This document shows positions 13,358-25,600 of a DNA stretch of 64,000 nucleotides, one piece after another. The DNA comes from Lepidodermella squamata (Eukaryota; Animalia; Gastrotricha). How positions within the stretch are numbered: position 1 is the stretch's first letter; the number at the start of each line of letters is the position of its first letter. The notes below the pieces were generated by a model that did no database searches, had not been told where the DNA came from, and worked only from the letters and a program-made list of their open reading frames with translations. Where the stretch lies: NCBI GenBank assembly GCA_047495785.1, contig JBLDXI010000015.1, positions 372,001 to 436,000 of the forward strand, written 5' to 3'. A program made the translations under genes and the position numbers.

Positions 13358-14473
13358 ACGTGCTTACGTATATACGTCAGCATACACAGTCAATACGGAT
13401 CGATAAATTAAATGCTTATTTCTATGCTTGAGAAATCAAATTACGGCAACAACGCTCTGCAAATATAACCGCAATGAAGCAGCGCCGTTCGTCGTTTCTA
13501 CGAAGCCGTTACAGTTACAACGTGACACTGTCTGTGGCCATGCAGGCCATGTGCGCTGTGGCATTGTACGCCGAATAATAGGATAGGGGTCTTCTTATCA
13601 GCGGAGAACCTAATCAACATTAGCGGAACAACATTTTCGAATTTTCTGGTGGCTTGAGATCATTTTTCTGACATGGCTCGAATGTTGCTTTCAAAACATT
13701 CCACCCAATAGGTTTAAATTCTAGATTCTAGAAATTCGTGGAATTCCTATAATAAATAATGAACACGAGAGTTCAGAGGAGTTGTGAAAAATTGGAAAGC
13801 ACGTGCTCGCCATTTTATCAATGGGCGTATGTTATAGTTTCTAGTTATATAGTGTAATTATGTGTTTTTTCCTTGGGATTCATTGTTAAGTCGTTGCCAT
13901 AAACCTAGCTCTCTTCACAGCAGTCTAAGCTAGTTACATTTTTCTTACTTATTCCTGTCTTATATAAATACTATAGCTAAATACTTAATCTAATGAAAAG
14001 CTGAAATGCCTTCGTAACCTATTTCGATTATCAGCATCTTTTACGGAAATACTGCCATTTTCATGATCATTTGCTTTTGGGAACTACATCCATCCTAAAC
14101 GCAAGCCATGCGAAGTGTTTCGGATGTCGCCTACTGCATTGCGCGGGTTTCTATCGATTTACAATAAACGCTTTTACCTGCCATGACGGAGCATAGCCCA
14201 GTGCTGGTTTTGTAAGAACGCTAAGCTATACCTTCATTTCAATTTAAACATGCAAGTACTTCATTCATACGAATGCATAACATATGTATTATTTTTATTA
14301 TGCGTGCGCGCTTTATTGAGAAGCTGCTACATGTTTTTAACTGTGAAAAGTAGAACGCATCCTAGTTTAATTTATATTATAGGTAATTCGGCGTAAAATC
14401 TCCTGTTTGTATGAGTTTGCATTTCCTATCTTAATTTCTCATTGAAATTCAGTAATGAATACATCCTCCACAC

Positions 14474-15113
14474 GGTGTGGCGACAAGTGAGCAAGCGACT
14501 ATTCAACATGCGACAGCTCGGGACGACCATTCGACAAACGTCAACTCAGCATTAAAAATGTAGAGGACCGAAAACGACTATTCGGCAAATGAATATTGAG
14601 CAGAATGTCCAGTTTCGACAATTCGGCAAAACGACAACTCGACATGATGAAAATCACTAATATGGAGAAACGACAACTCGGCAAGAATACATTTCTGCCA
14701 CGTTTAATAAAGATTGATAACACTTGAGAACGGAACAAAATTCAATGTCCTAGATTGAGCAAGAATATCAAGGGAAAGAAGGCTATGCGAGCGGAGCGAG
14801 CATGCCTATTCCAACCCTGGTTTTTCCGACAGGCTTGAAAAGTGTATCTGACGGTTTTTTTATGCGCGATGTGGCTCTCAACACTTCCCAATCTATAGCT
14901 AATGTTGAGTTGTCGTTATAGTATTAGTGAATTGTCGAGTTGTCTTCTGCCCAATTGTCGCTGAAGGGTACGATGAATTTTCACTGCCGAGTAGTCGTTT
15001 GCCGAGTTGTCGTTTTCGATCGTATAAAAAAATATTGCCGAATTGACGTTTGCTGAATTGTCGCTGTCGAATAGTCGTATTCCCAATTTTCGTTGCTCAG
15101 TTGTCATACAACC
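14474..15113. mobile_element. Non-autonomous TIR element (Merlin/Mutator-like)
   Basis: Imperfect TIRs GGTGTGGCGACAAGTGAGCAA / rc GGTTGTATGACAACTGAGCAA; TSD CTCCACAC (14466-14473, 15114-15121); mirrored CGACAA(C/T)TCGGCAA subterminal repeats. Confidence 0.75.
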
Positions 15114-15656
15114 CTCCACACAACATGGGGGTAGATGTAGATCCCAGTTTAATCTAAGCTATTCAAAGTTCATATAAAATAAATGAAGTCGCGGCTAGAG
15201 TAGACTCTGAGCTCTCATATAACGAAGGGCTTAGGGCAAGATTGCAACAAAATTCGCGAAAAATATCTTTAGAAAAGTGAGCTTTCTTATTAGCAAGGCC
15301 GATTTTCTAAATCTACTAGCTTTTGCTGACGATGGGAAACTTTAAGGAATGCTCCGATCAATATGTAGTAGGTGTCCATCTAATTTCTACATTTCTACAT
15401 TTCTGACATAGACATATTAGGGGTAGCTCTGCGCGTCGGTCTCATTGAAGTGAGCCGTAGAAAAACTGCGGTATTTCGGGCACACGTGACTGTGACGTGG
15501 AAGGATTAATTAACAAAACGGTAGATGACGTAAGACGACAGTCTGGAAGAGGCTAAATAGTTGAAACTATTATTACATTCAATTTCTCATCCACATGCTA
15601 ACTCGCTCATTATTAAAATAACTCAAGAAGGTTTAAACATCGTTTATTGATTTCAA

Positions 15657-17077
15657 ATGACGGATGGCTTGGACAATGGAGTGTCCCAAGCTTCTTCAGA
15701 AGATGCTATCAAGTGCAGGGTATGTGGTCTCACGGTTCTGAGGCGGCAGCGTTACCAGCCGCGAGTCTGTCACGCTTGTCAGAAGTTTTTCCGACGGAAT
15801 GCTGGAAATTGGCGATCCTTGAAATGCCGTCATAAAAACGAGAATTCTGGCAAGTCTCAGACAAGCCGTGCTCATCGGCGATCTATGTGCTCTAAATGCC
15901 GATTTCAGCGATGTCTAAATGCTGGAATGAAATGTGAGTCTTACCCTAATGAGTGTGATTTTTCTATAGCCCATAATTAATCCCCTCGATCCAGTTTTCC
16001 TGATAATTATTTGACACAATATTAATCATTTCAGGCAAATTCCTCGCTGATAAATCTTTCGAATATTCCGCACCAATCGATCACATTCCTCAAAAAATAA
16101 ATGGCTCGAACGTAGAAATGACTTTGAAGCTAGCTATTGATACGCAACTTCAGCTTCATGATCTAGAACACGTGAGTTGTTATGTTTAAGAAACCTGCCC
16201 CGAGATTAACTCATTCTTTCCTGGTTCAGCTGCCGTTGCGAACAAACTCGGCTTTGAATGTTCTCCACGATCGCAGCTCTTTAAACGATCTTATGTACGG
16301 TAACATCATTGCATTGATGCGGAAAAAGCAGATATTTTCAACCTTCATGCAACGTAAGCTTTGTTTTATTCAATTTATAGAATAAATGTTCAGTCAGCTT
16401 GCAAATATTCCTAATGCGTAATGCTCAATATTGTTTACATTTTGATTGGTTCCAGGTTCTTTCCAATTAAGTAAATCTGAAGCCAGGGAATTGCTGTCTC
16501 GAAACTGGAAGTTGATAACAGTCGCTTTCTCAGCTATGCCCGGGACACCAGGGCGGCTTTATGTGCACCCTGATTGTATGCCACTGTTTCTTGATATGAA
16601 TCCTGAATTTTTGGTAGAAGCCTTTTTTAATAATTCCTCATCCGAACCTATTACAATTGCTTTCAGCCGGCTATCCAAGCGGAGGACGAGACCTCGAGAG
16701 CCCTTGCATCATGGAGCCCCACTCTAATCGAGGCGGCACTGTTCACGTGTAAGCTATTCTTCCGCGGTATGTATCTACTCTTCAATAACACATCCGATTT
16801 GACCGGGAAAATCATTTTAGGTTACAACGATGCTAAAAAATCTTCGAAAGCAACAGAAGCTCAAAAATGCATAGACACTGCTTTCGCGCTGATGTGCTCA
16901 AAGCTGCATGGTCAGAACTCGGCTGATGTCATGAAGCTAACGACTGCAATCGAACAATTGTTATCTGTGACGGCATCTGCCATTGATCAAGGCGGTGCGG
17001 CTGTTGCTCAGCGGCGAGCTGCTTTGGTAAGCAGGGACGAACAAGAGCTAGCTAAAATGACATTCAATATTAAATAG
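15657..17077 (+). CDS. Nuclear hormone receptor, paralog 4 (6 exons; closest to paralog 1)
   Basis: DBD CRVC..CHACQKFFRR..CSKCRFQRC..GM; exons and even introns resemble 400-1872; AATAAA at ~17096. Confidence 0.9.
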
Positions 17078-17472
17078 AAGTTTAGTTTTTATTTCAATAA
17101 AATTGGAGGTTTGGTATCATGTAACAGTTATGGTTCGATAAGAGACGGCTTATCCGAATAAGCTGGTGACATCAAATTTCTTGCTGCTGCTTTTTCGTTG
17201 CTGCGGGTTCACATTTCTTAGCTGCTGCTCGGCGCTCGGCGGCCATGCCCAGGTAAATGGAGGACAAGTTCAACCGGGTGCGCCTAAGGTTATCATGGTT
17301 CACCGAACGTCGCACGTGAACCGAGCCGAACCTCTAACGATTAATCGGGGTTTAATATCGGCTCCGTAAATAACTTAGCTGAATATTCCATAGAGCCGAT
17401 ATTCCATGAGAGGGTGTAAAAAGAAGATGGAGAAGATGATAGCCAGATTACAATTTCAAGATGCCTTAATAC

Positions 17473-19153
17473 CAAATGACCAAATGACCAACTGAATCAG
17501 TTTTATTTTTCGTCCTCCGTAGGCATGTGATGTTAATATTAGAGAGTAGAAAAAGGCCTTACCCGTGAGGGTTTAGGGGACGGCTGACGACAGGCGATCG
17601 GCTTCAGGGGCCGACAGATCGGTCGCGAACAACCTGCTTTTGCCCAAAAATTCATAATTTTCGATGCTATTACACACTAATTGCCATTCATCCCGATCTC
17701 TGGCATTTATTTCCGCTAATTCTAGATCCGCAATTTTGTGAATTTCAGTGCGTCGCATTAACAGGGTCGACTTACGAGGTCTCCCGCGTCTAACTGGCTC
17801 GTTTGGGTTTTTAATATATTTCACATGAATATCGAACAAACCAATTTTAAGAAGACTCCTTTTCAAGCTATCGGTCCAGCGGGTTGGCGGTTTACCGCGA
17901 GGCAAGTACCAACTCGGGTCGACCGCTTTCCAATGATATATGGCATTCGTGAGACTTTCAGTGTCATACTCGTCTTGGCGAATAATGTGCCCGAAATATT
18001 TCAAACGATGCTTTTCAATCATTTTACTTAATTCCAAAACGTCACAGATCAATCTAATATCGATGTTAGGTATATAATCTGTTCTAAAAAATCCCATAAT
18101 GGTTCTGAGCCAGCGCATGAAGGTGACATTTAACCTTTGTTCCTGCTTAGTAGTTAGGTTCCAGGTTTCACAGGCGTAGGTGACGGTAGGAATTACCACA
18201 CATTTTAAAACTTTCAATTTTGTGGCTAGGCTTATATGTTTTCTGTTACACATCAGCTTGTTAAGAGCACCAAAACAGCTACCAGCCTTCGCTAGGCGAG
18301 CTTTGATTTCCTCGTCCACAAGCCGGTGATCTGATTCCAATATAGGTTCCTCAATGATTTGGCACGAATAAATTTGTTGTTTGTTATCAACAGGCGTTAA
18401 TATGAAATCAATCATAGACTTGTACCTACCGTCACCTGACACCCATGAATACCCACAGTTTGGGAAAAACGTATTTGCAAAGCACAAATTATTACTCGCT
18501 GCAAATTCAACCCAACAGTTTCCCTTCGGGTTTGCAGTTTTGTTTGCATATTCACCGACGATTTTTGAATTTAGTTGGCTTTTCACCTGGCCGTTAAGGT
18601 CTCCCATGATAACAATTTTACCGGACTTATTCAGTAACCTGTTGTATTCTATCTGCAAATCAGCGATGAATTTGTCAAGCAACTTCAAATCATTTGCCGC
18701 TGGTGCGTAAACAACTATGACACTGAAAGTCTCACGATAGATCCTAAGCCTGACCGACATCAACCTATCGCTTATATAATTGACAGTTGTGACTTTAATA
18801 AATTTGCAATTTTTAACATACAGACCTGTACCAGAGCGGGCTATTGTACCGTTCTCTAATCCACAAAAGTAAAGGGTTCCAGAGCCAAGATTTTTTGAAC
18901 CTTTTCCTTTTAAGCGATGCTCTTGCACCGCAACCACGTGAAAATTCGAAAATTCATCGTCCATCTCCCAATTTTTATGTTTTTCCGTTCTTATGTTTAT
19001 TGTAGCAAACAAAACCACCCTAAATAACTCATAGGCTTGATGGGTACTAAGGGGCTTTTTGAAGCGACGTCTTTTTGCAGGCTGTTCACTTATCTTGTCG
19101 TCATCGTCCGATCGCTCGCCGTCAGCTAACAAAAAATTGTCATCAGTTGTCAT
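17473..19153 (-). mobile_element. RTE-like non-LTR retroelement lacking the RT core; ORF 19153-17573 (526 aa) is APE endonuclease fused to the post-RT C-terminal region
   Basis: APE motifs ATINIRT, AVQEHR, VYAPA, MGDLNG, IDFIL, SDH; post-RT motifs EEIKARLAKA, YACETW, RLKYFGHIIR, PRGKPPTRW; 11-bp TSD TGCCTTAATAC (17462-17472, 19154-19164); 3' tail (TTGGTCAT)n. Confidence 0.88.
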
Positions 19154-19213
19154 TGCCTTAATACATTCTTATTTATTAACTTAACCTCAAATTTCGATTT
19201 AATTTCCTAACCA

Positions 19214-19259
19214 ATCCCTGAAGATGGTTATGGGAGTATAACCAAAACGTTGGAATAAA
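19214..19259 (+). ncRNA. Degenerate minimal type I hammerhead ribozyme motif (Penelope-like pLTR type)
   Basis: TCC-CTGAAGA-TGGTTATG(GGAG)TATAACC-AAAAC-GTT-GGA-ATAAA: CUGANGA box, stem II hairpin, palindromic ACGT stem III; the GAAA box reads AAAA. Confidence 0.55.
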
Positions 19260-19635
19260 CGCGTTACGTGTTATTAACAAGATTTATTCGAACTTGTAAT
19301 AGGTACGATTAATCAGGGCTGATGGAAAGCAACATTTTAGGTTTCTTATTGGCTGGTTCCATGCGAAGAAAGTGGATTTTATTGATAGCGTAGCTCATTT
19401 ATCCGTTGAGTCACTGAGTGTTAGCTCAATACATCATTAATCACAATGGATGACAATTCCATATAAACTATCAAGAATCCACTTAAAATTAAGAAACAGT
19501 TCACTCGTAGATCGTCACAGGCGAAGTCTACACAGTAGGCAGGAAATAACTGCGAAAAGATAATCATGTCATTCAACGCCCTCTGATATACTGTTTTATG
19601 AGATTAATTGATAAGCAGATGATTTTCCACTATCT

Positions 19636-22600
19636 TCAGAAAACCAAAAATTCAGAAAATGAGACAGGCATTTCTCCCAATTTTTCGATGCGAACGTACC
19701 GTCCCAGCAGCGGAGGCGTGCAGTACATCATAAGCGCTTGGCCAATCACCAAATTCGGCATCCGATATCCTCGATAAATATCGCAAATAGGATTCTGAAT
19801 GGCATTAGCATCATCGCCGACTCGAGAAATGACTTCGTAACTCGATGCAGCCAATAAATCAACAGATACATACGATACGATTGCAACGACTTTTGACACA
19901 AGTATCGACTGACCAATGTCAATTCGAAACCAAAAACTGTTTTCACTTCCGAGGACAACCGCAACAAATGACCCGTCGCTTAAGCGAGCGTTAAGCGAAT
20001 TTGCGAAATTCGACGATGTGACTTGTTTCAGCAGAGCGTAATTTGCTCCAACTTCACTGCTAACTTCAATTTTGCATATCGACATGTCAGCCCCACGAGC
20101 GTCTGTTACCAAGGTGACATACCGGCCAGAAACAGGCGGGAAAGAAGAAACAGAAATTTTAACATCGTAAGGAACTACCGGGGCGAAGGTCACGCCGTCG
20201 CCAGCATCGTTGAAGTCCTTCAGAGCTGCATCATCTGGTCCGGTTGGCACTGTATCGGAATAAGCCACTCTTAGTCCAAAAATCGCGTATCCAACGTCCG
20301 CGTAGTTGCAGCCCTTGAAACGGAACCTTCCAATGGGCTGTAGCGTGTAATCGTCCACGTACAATCGAACAGCAAATGCAACCAGGGCTGGTTTAAGGTA
20401 GTTGAAAAACGGCGCAGAATCCGGGCCGCTAGATGGTCCGTCGAAAATTCTAATCCTCGATCCATTGTTTGTGGTATAAGCGACCCACTTGCTTTCGCCC
20501 ATCAGCCGAAATGTCAGATGGTACTTTTCAATCCATGCGGCCAGGGTAGCACTGGATTGAACCGCGATAATGTTAACGATTTTCAGCGAAGTGAAAGTGA
20601 TTTGGAAATAAGGCTGCAGATCTGTGGCTAATGGGATCCAGTCCGCATTGCCGATTTCGTTTTTGCTCAAATCTCCAGGATTAGTTGCACTCGAAGCATT
20701 CTCGACTGATTCGCTATCGAACAGCTCTATGTTGCAAAATTGATCTGGAATAACATTTCATTCATCGTTCTGTATAAAGGGGGTAATTTTTCATTTACGA
20801 GCACATCCTCGAACTCGCCATTTCAAACAAATTTGAGTGCTCCACGATTCAGGATGAAATCTGAGATGGCGAGCTATAATGTGAGGTCTTATAAAGCTCC
20901 ACTGAAGCGTGGCTGAATCGTTGTTTGCAACAAAGATCTAGAAAAAATAGTTTCATTTTTTTCAATTGAGAAGTAACATCGAGTTGCCTTAGTTGAGGAT
21001 AGGCCGATGGCTCGATCGTGGAAGGTTTTGTAGGTAACGCCATTAGTGCTGTATGACAGTCGGTAAGTTCGGACGAAGCAATTGTTAACCGAATGCACGA
21101 TTTTCTGCTCCCCAAAGTCTAAGGTCAGAAATTCGGAGTTCGTAAGAGTCGCTGGGGTCCAAGTGCAAGCCATAGAGCCTCGAATGTCGCCCGTTGCAGA
21201 GCAAACGCCGTAGGGCGGTGACGCAGAGGAGTAGTTTGAACTGTAACTCCATGCCGATGTCGACGATATGTCAGACTCGCAAACGTGACCTTCCACTGTC
21301 AGCGCAAAACATGTGGTGATAAATTAGCAGAATTTTTTCAGCTTACACGTATTGGGAGTAGGAATTTGAGTTGCGAGCTCCATGGCTATGAGAGAATCTA
21401 CGGGACTTTGGTAAATTGTCAGCCAAGTCATTAACCCTGTGAAGATCGCGCCGCTGGAGATATCCTGAAAAAACGAATGCGTTTGTTATGATTCGACTCA
21501 TGATTCGGTTAAAATCTCCAAGTAAGTTACACCTTGATTACTTAGTGCAAGTTCCATCTAATATTGGCATCTTGCTAAGGTAGAAGCACATGCAAGCCCC
21601 ATGCAGAAACCATTATTGAGGATCTCATAGACTGGATCTACGAACATCTCTCAGGTGCAGGTTTCTGTACGATGTACGATATATAATTTATATAGGATCC
21701 TAAAATTCATCACAATGTCAAATTTAGATCTTGCCAAGGTCCATATTTCTACTCAAGTACCGACAATATTTGTTGCCTCGCAATACTTCATTATCTCCCG
21801 AACCACGAGGCCTTTTTTAAGCGGGCTTCACCGTGCGATAGATCGATTGTGCGATAAACATTGCTGGAATCCTAGTTAGAATCGTATCCGAGCAGAAAAA
21901 CAGGTGGTGAAAATGCGACATCGCTTTTAGCAAAGACTTCCCGTTTTACTTTCCGTTAGATAGCAAGATGGCAAGAGCTGTTCTTCGCGCTCGCCAGAGG
22001 AGTCAAGTTTCTTTCTGATAGTCCCTGATGGACAGAATCCAACCCCCTAGCTGAAATTGGCAGCTTCACCAAGTTGGCGCAGATATCCCAAAAAATGTCT
22101 AAAAGCCGATTCGTATCGCGTTTGGAGCTTTTCCTAGCCTTCCACATTGAACTTCTGGGTTGACGGCGCGTTATGGCCCTCTATTCCCCGCCAGGAAAAT
22201 GACGAGATGTAACTTTTCCGCAAGCAGGATGCGACGCCAGAGCTTTGTATTTGATTTGATTTGATTCACGGCTTAAATCACGGACCTCAATCAATCAATC
22301 AAAATGAAGCAATGTCCCACTTTCACGGAGCTAAATCACTCAAATCAAATCATTGACACTACGCAAAGCCTGTGGACCATGGTTCGACCATCAACCATGG
22401 GAATAGTTGACTCATAAGCCTTGTGATGATGTCTGATACCAAAAGCTAAATGTCGAAAGGCAACTTGCATAAAAAAAGAGTATGAGTATAAGTATGAGAC
22501 ACTGATAAATCACAATAAACGACACATCAGGGTTTTCACCAATATGGGGGCTTTGAAACTTAAAAAATAGCGCGAGGTTGAAACTACTGTCGCTCTAAAG

Positions 22601-25600
22601 TAAATTTCTATCGGTAAAGGCGGAAAATTTTTAGTTGGGCGGCATCCGAGATTTCAAGTTTTTCGATTGCATACCTCATACGGTAAATCAAAATCAATCA
22701 AATCAAAAGGTCCTCCCGCGTAAATCACTCTAAAGAAAATGAATTCGAAATCACGGAAAATAGGGTCTAAATCAAACCAAATCAAACCAAATCCAAAGCA
22801 CTGTGCGACGCAACCCTGTTTTCCTGTTTTCCCGACTTGATTCAGTAATAAAAATATAAAAACTGTATCCTTTACTCGTTGTGTAATACTGCGTGTTATA
22901 CCGTAGAGCGGTACAATTTTGAACAAGTACAACTTTGAACATTTTTTCAAAAGTACAATTTTGAACGAACGTTTGCATTGAAAATTTCGTTAATGTTCAA
23001 AATTGTACTTCACACTCACGAAAGTACAATTTTGAACACTTTCATTTTTTTCAATGCAAACGTTCGTTCAAAATTGTACTTTTGAAAAAATGTTCAAAGT
23101 TGTACCCTGTTCAAAATTGTACCGCTCTCCGGTACTGTGTTGCGATGTGCAACGAGACCTACCCGCCCTATGTTGAGGTCATCCGTGTCGGCAGGTATGT
23201 GGTTGCTGAAGCTATAAGCTGTGCCGGCCACGCCATCCCGGTAGCCAGTAATGCGATGAGCGCCGGTCGTGAAATCTACATTTAGCAACAGATGTTGCCA
23301 GCGATTAACAGCTGCATTGCCTGGATCTTTAGCCACCTGCCAACCGCCGCAATTCACAGAGTACGCAAGGGTCATATTTGCTGTGTTGCAGAACATATTG
23401 AGAACAAGAGATGTACCCTGGGTGAGCTGTATTATTGGCTGTACGCCAGCTGTGAAATTCGGAAACAGCATTGCATGGATCGCTATCGTGTAAGGTGGCA
23501 GGGGTTCACTAAGGTTGTAGCCAACCTTATAGCTAGGGAGATAAAGACGCTACACTCAATGAATTAGCAGCGGCCGGTGAGAATCGATACACATTCGAGT
23601 CACCAGTCGACCATGGAAACCCAGCTCCCTGAAGGGGCGTACCTTCCGCAGTTAAAACATTACTTCCATCCAGCGTGGTTAGGCCATTGTTGTAGTCGAA
23701 AGGCGTTGACAGGACGCTTTTCATCGTTGAAGTTATCGGGCATCGCCTCGTAGAATAGACAAAACGGCGCGATAACGCTGTTCCATTATACATTTGCAGA
23801 CACGCATAGCTCGCCGGCTGGCTGCCCGGGCCTCCGATTCTGAAATAGGACCTTTCAGTTTTCATTCCCACGCCCCCGCAGCCTTTCATTGATGCGACGT
23901 ATTCGCCCTCTTGAACCAAGTAGACGAGACTTCGGCCCAAGATAAACACGAATCCAACATAGTTCCACTGGCCGAGTAGCAGCTTCAGTGGCGATGTTAG
24001 CGTCGATTGCGTTGTGTTGCCAAAGCAAGTGAAAACAATTTGAAGATAGCCGGTAGATGAAGTGCTGAGACCCACGTCGAAATTCGTTGAGCTTAACGAA
24101 TCCGTCCAGCCCATCAGCAATCCGCCGAAGCTGATCGGCTTGATATGAAACAGGAGAGAGATTGTGTACCTGGCAGAGAGGCGCGCAGACGACGCATTTA
24201 GCCATAGATAATCGGCTGGAGAGTTGAGGGTCCAGGCACTAAAGAAAGCGAATACAGAGAGTAAGCCGGTAATTCACAAGCCGGATGTAATAAAAGAAAC
24301 GAAAATGGTTTTCTGCTTTCTAGAATCGGTAAATGTCGCAATTTTTTGTCAGCGGCGAAGATTTATATGGGAGTGGGAAAGTTGTGATGAGCCTTTGGGT
24401 CTGTTTGTTAACTTTTTAACTTACCGTAAATTCCGAAATACAAGCCCAGCCGGCCACTTTGATGTTCTTTGTAGTGCCGCCTGGGCTTGTATTTCGGAAT
24501 TTACGGTAACTGCTTTTCATAGCAACATTTTAGAGCTTGGTATATATTAGCTAATAGCAATGATCGATTAAAAAGTTGAAAGTGGCCCTTGCCTTGAATT
24601 GGATTCTAATTAGATGAGGCGATTGCGAGGTCACTTTCACCTGACGGACATAGTCTCATTCACGTTTGTGTCTTAATTGTTCGAAATTCTAATGAAAATT
24701 CTAATTGAATTCTAGGAAATTCCCCCATAAAAGGGTCAAGAGGCCTCGACGCCTCGACGCCTCGGCCCTCTTCCTCAACAGAATTAGGCAGTTGTTCCGC
24801 TTATTAAAGAAATTAAGATTCAATTACGTGTTGCTGTAGCTGAGCACTTTGTCACACGCAGGATTTCCAACCGCTGTGAAAGAACTGTTTGGAGTGACGA
24901 GATCAGCAAGGTTGCAAGCAAACGGAAATAACACCGTAGGGGGCGGAGCTGCAAATACAGCGATAAGCAAAAATTAAAAGTTCCTTTTCCCATGAACTCA
25001 CGAGTCCACGGAGACTGGGCTGTTTGGTCAATCTCAGCGTTGTCTAAGGTCCGTTTGTAGATCTGGATGTTCGATAGCTTCCCAGTCCAGGCGCCCCCCA
25101 TCACGAGGTATGCATTCACCTTGACGGCGGTCGCCGGTGAGCAGTCGACGGCGAGGATCCCACGCATGATGCGATCGATAAATAGGCGAGCTATAGTCGA
25201 GCGACAGTCGAACGTCACAGCGACATGAACCCAGCGATTTTTTCCGATGATTACACTACCGCCGGTGACCGGGAAATTGACCGCTGTGTTATATCCCCGA
25301 GATCGTTCAACCAAAATCAGTCCTGTATCGCTAATCGAAATTCGCATACACGGCATCCAACTAGATGAAAAAACATTGAAATTGGCCTTTTTGGCTTTGT
25401 TACTGAACTCACTTCCCTTGGCTTGAGTTGACCAGATTTAGAATTCCACCAGTGTGCCAAACCCATGCTGCGAAGGTCCATCCGTTACTTTTGTCAACAG
25501 CCAAATTATCCATTGGTAGAAACATCAGCCCAGAGCCTGTCCACTCGAGGGCTGACAAAGCTCGCCCGTTGACACCTGAACTGAACGCCAAAGCACTCGA

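Noticed and set aside
17570-17640. CTGACGA box near the RTE 3' end as a second hammerhead
   Set aside because: No GAAA box or compatible stems; it lies within the antisense of the ORF
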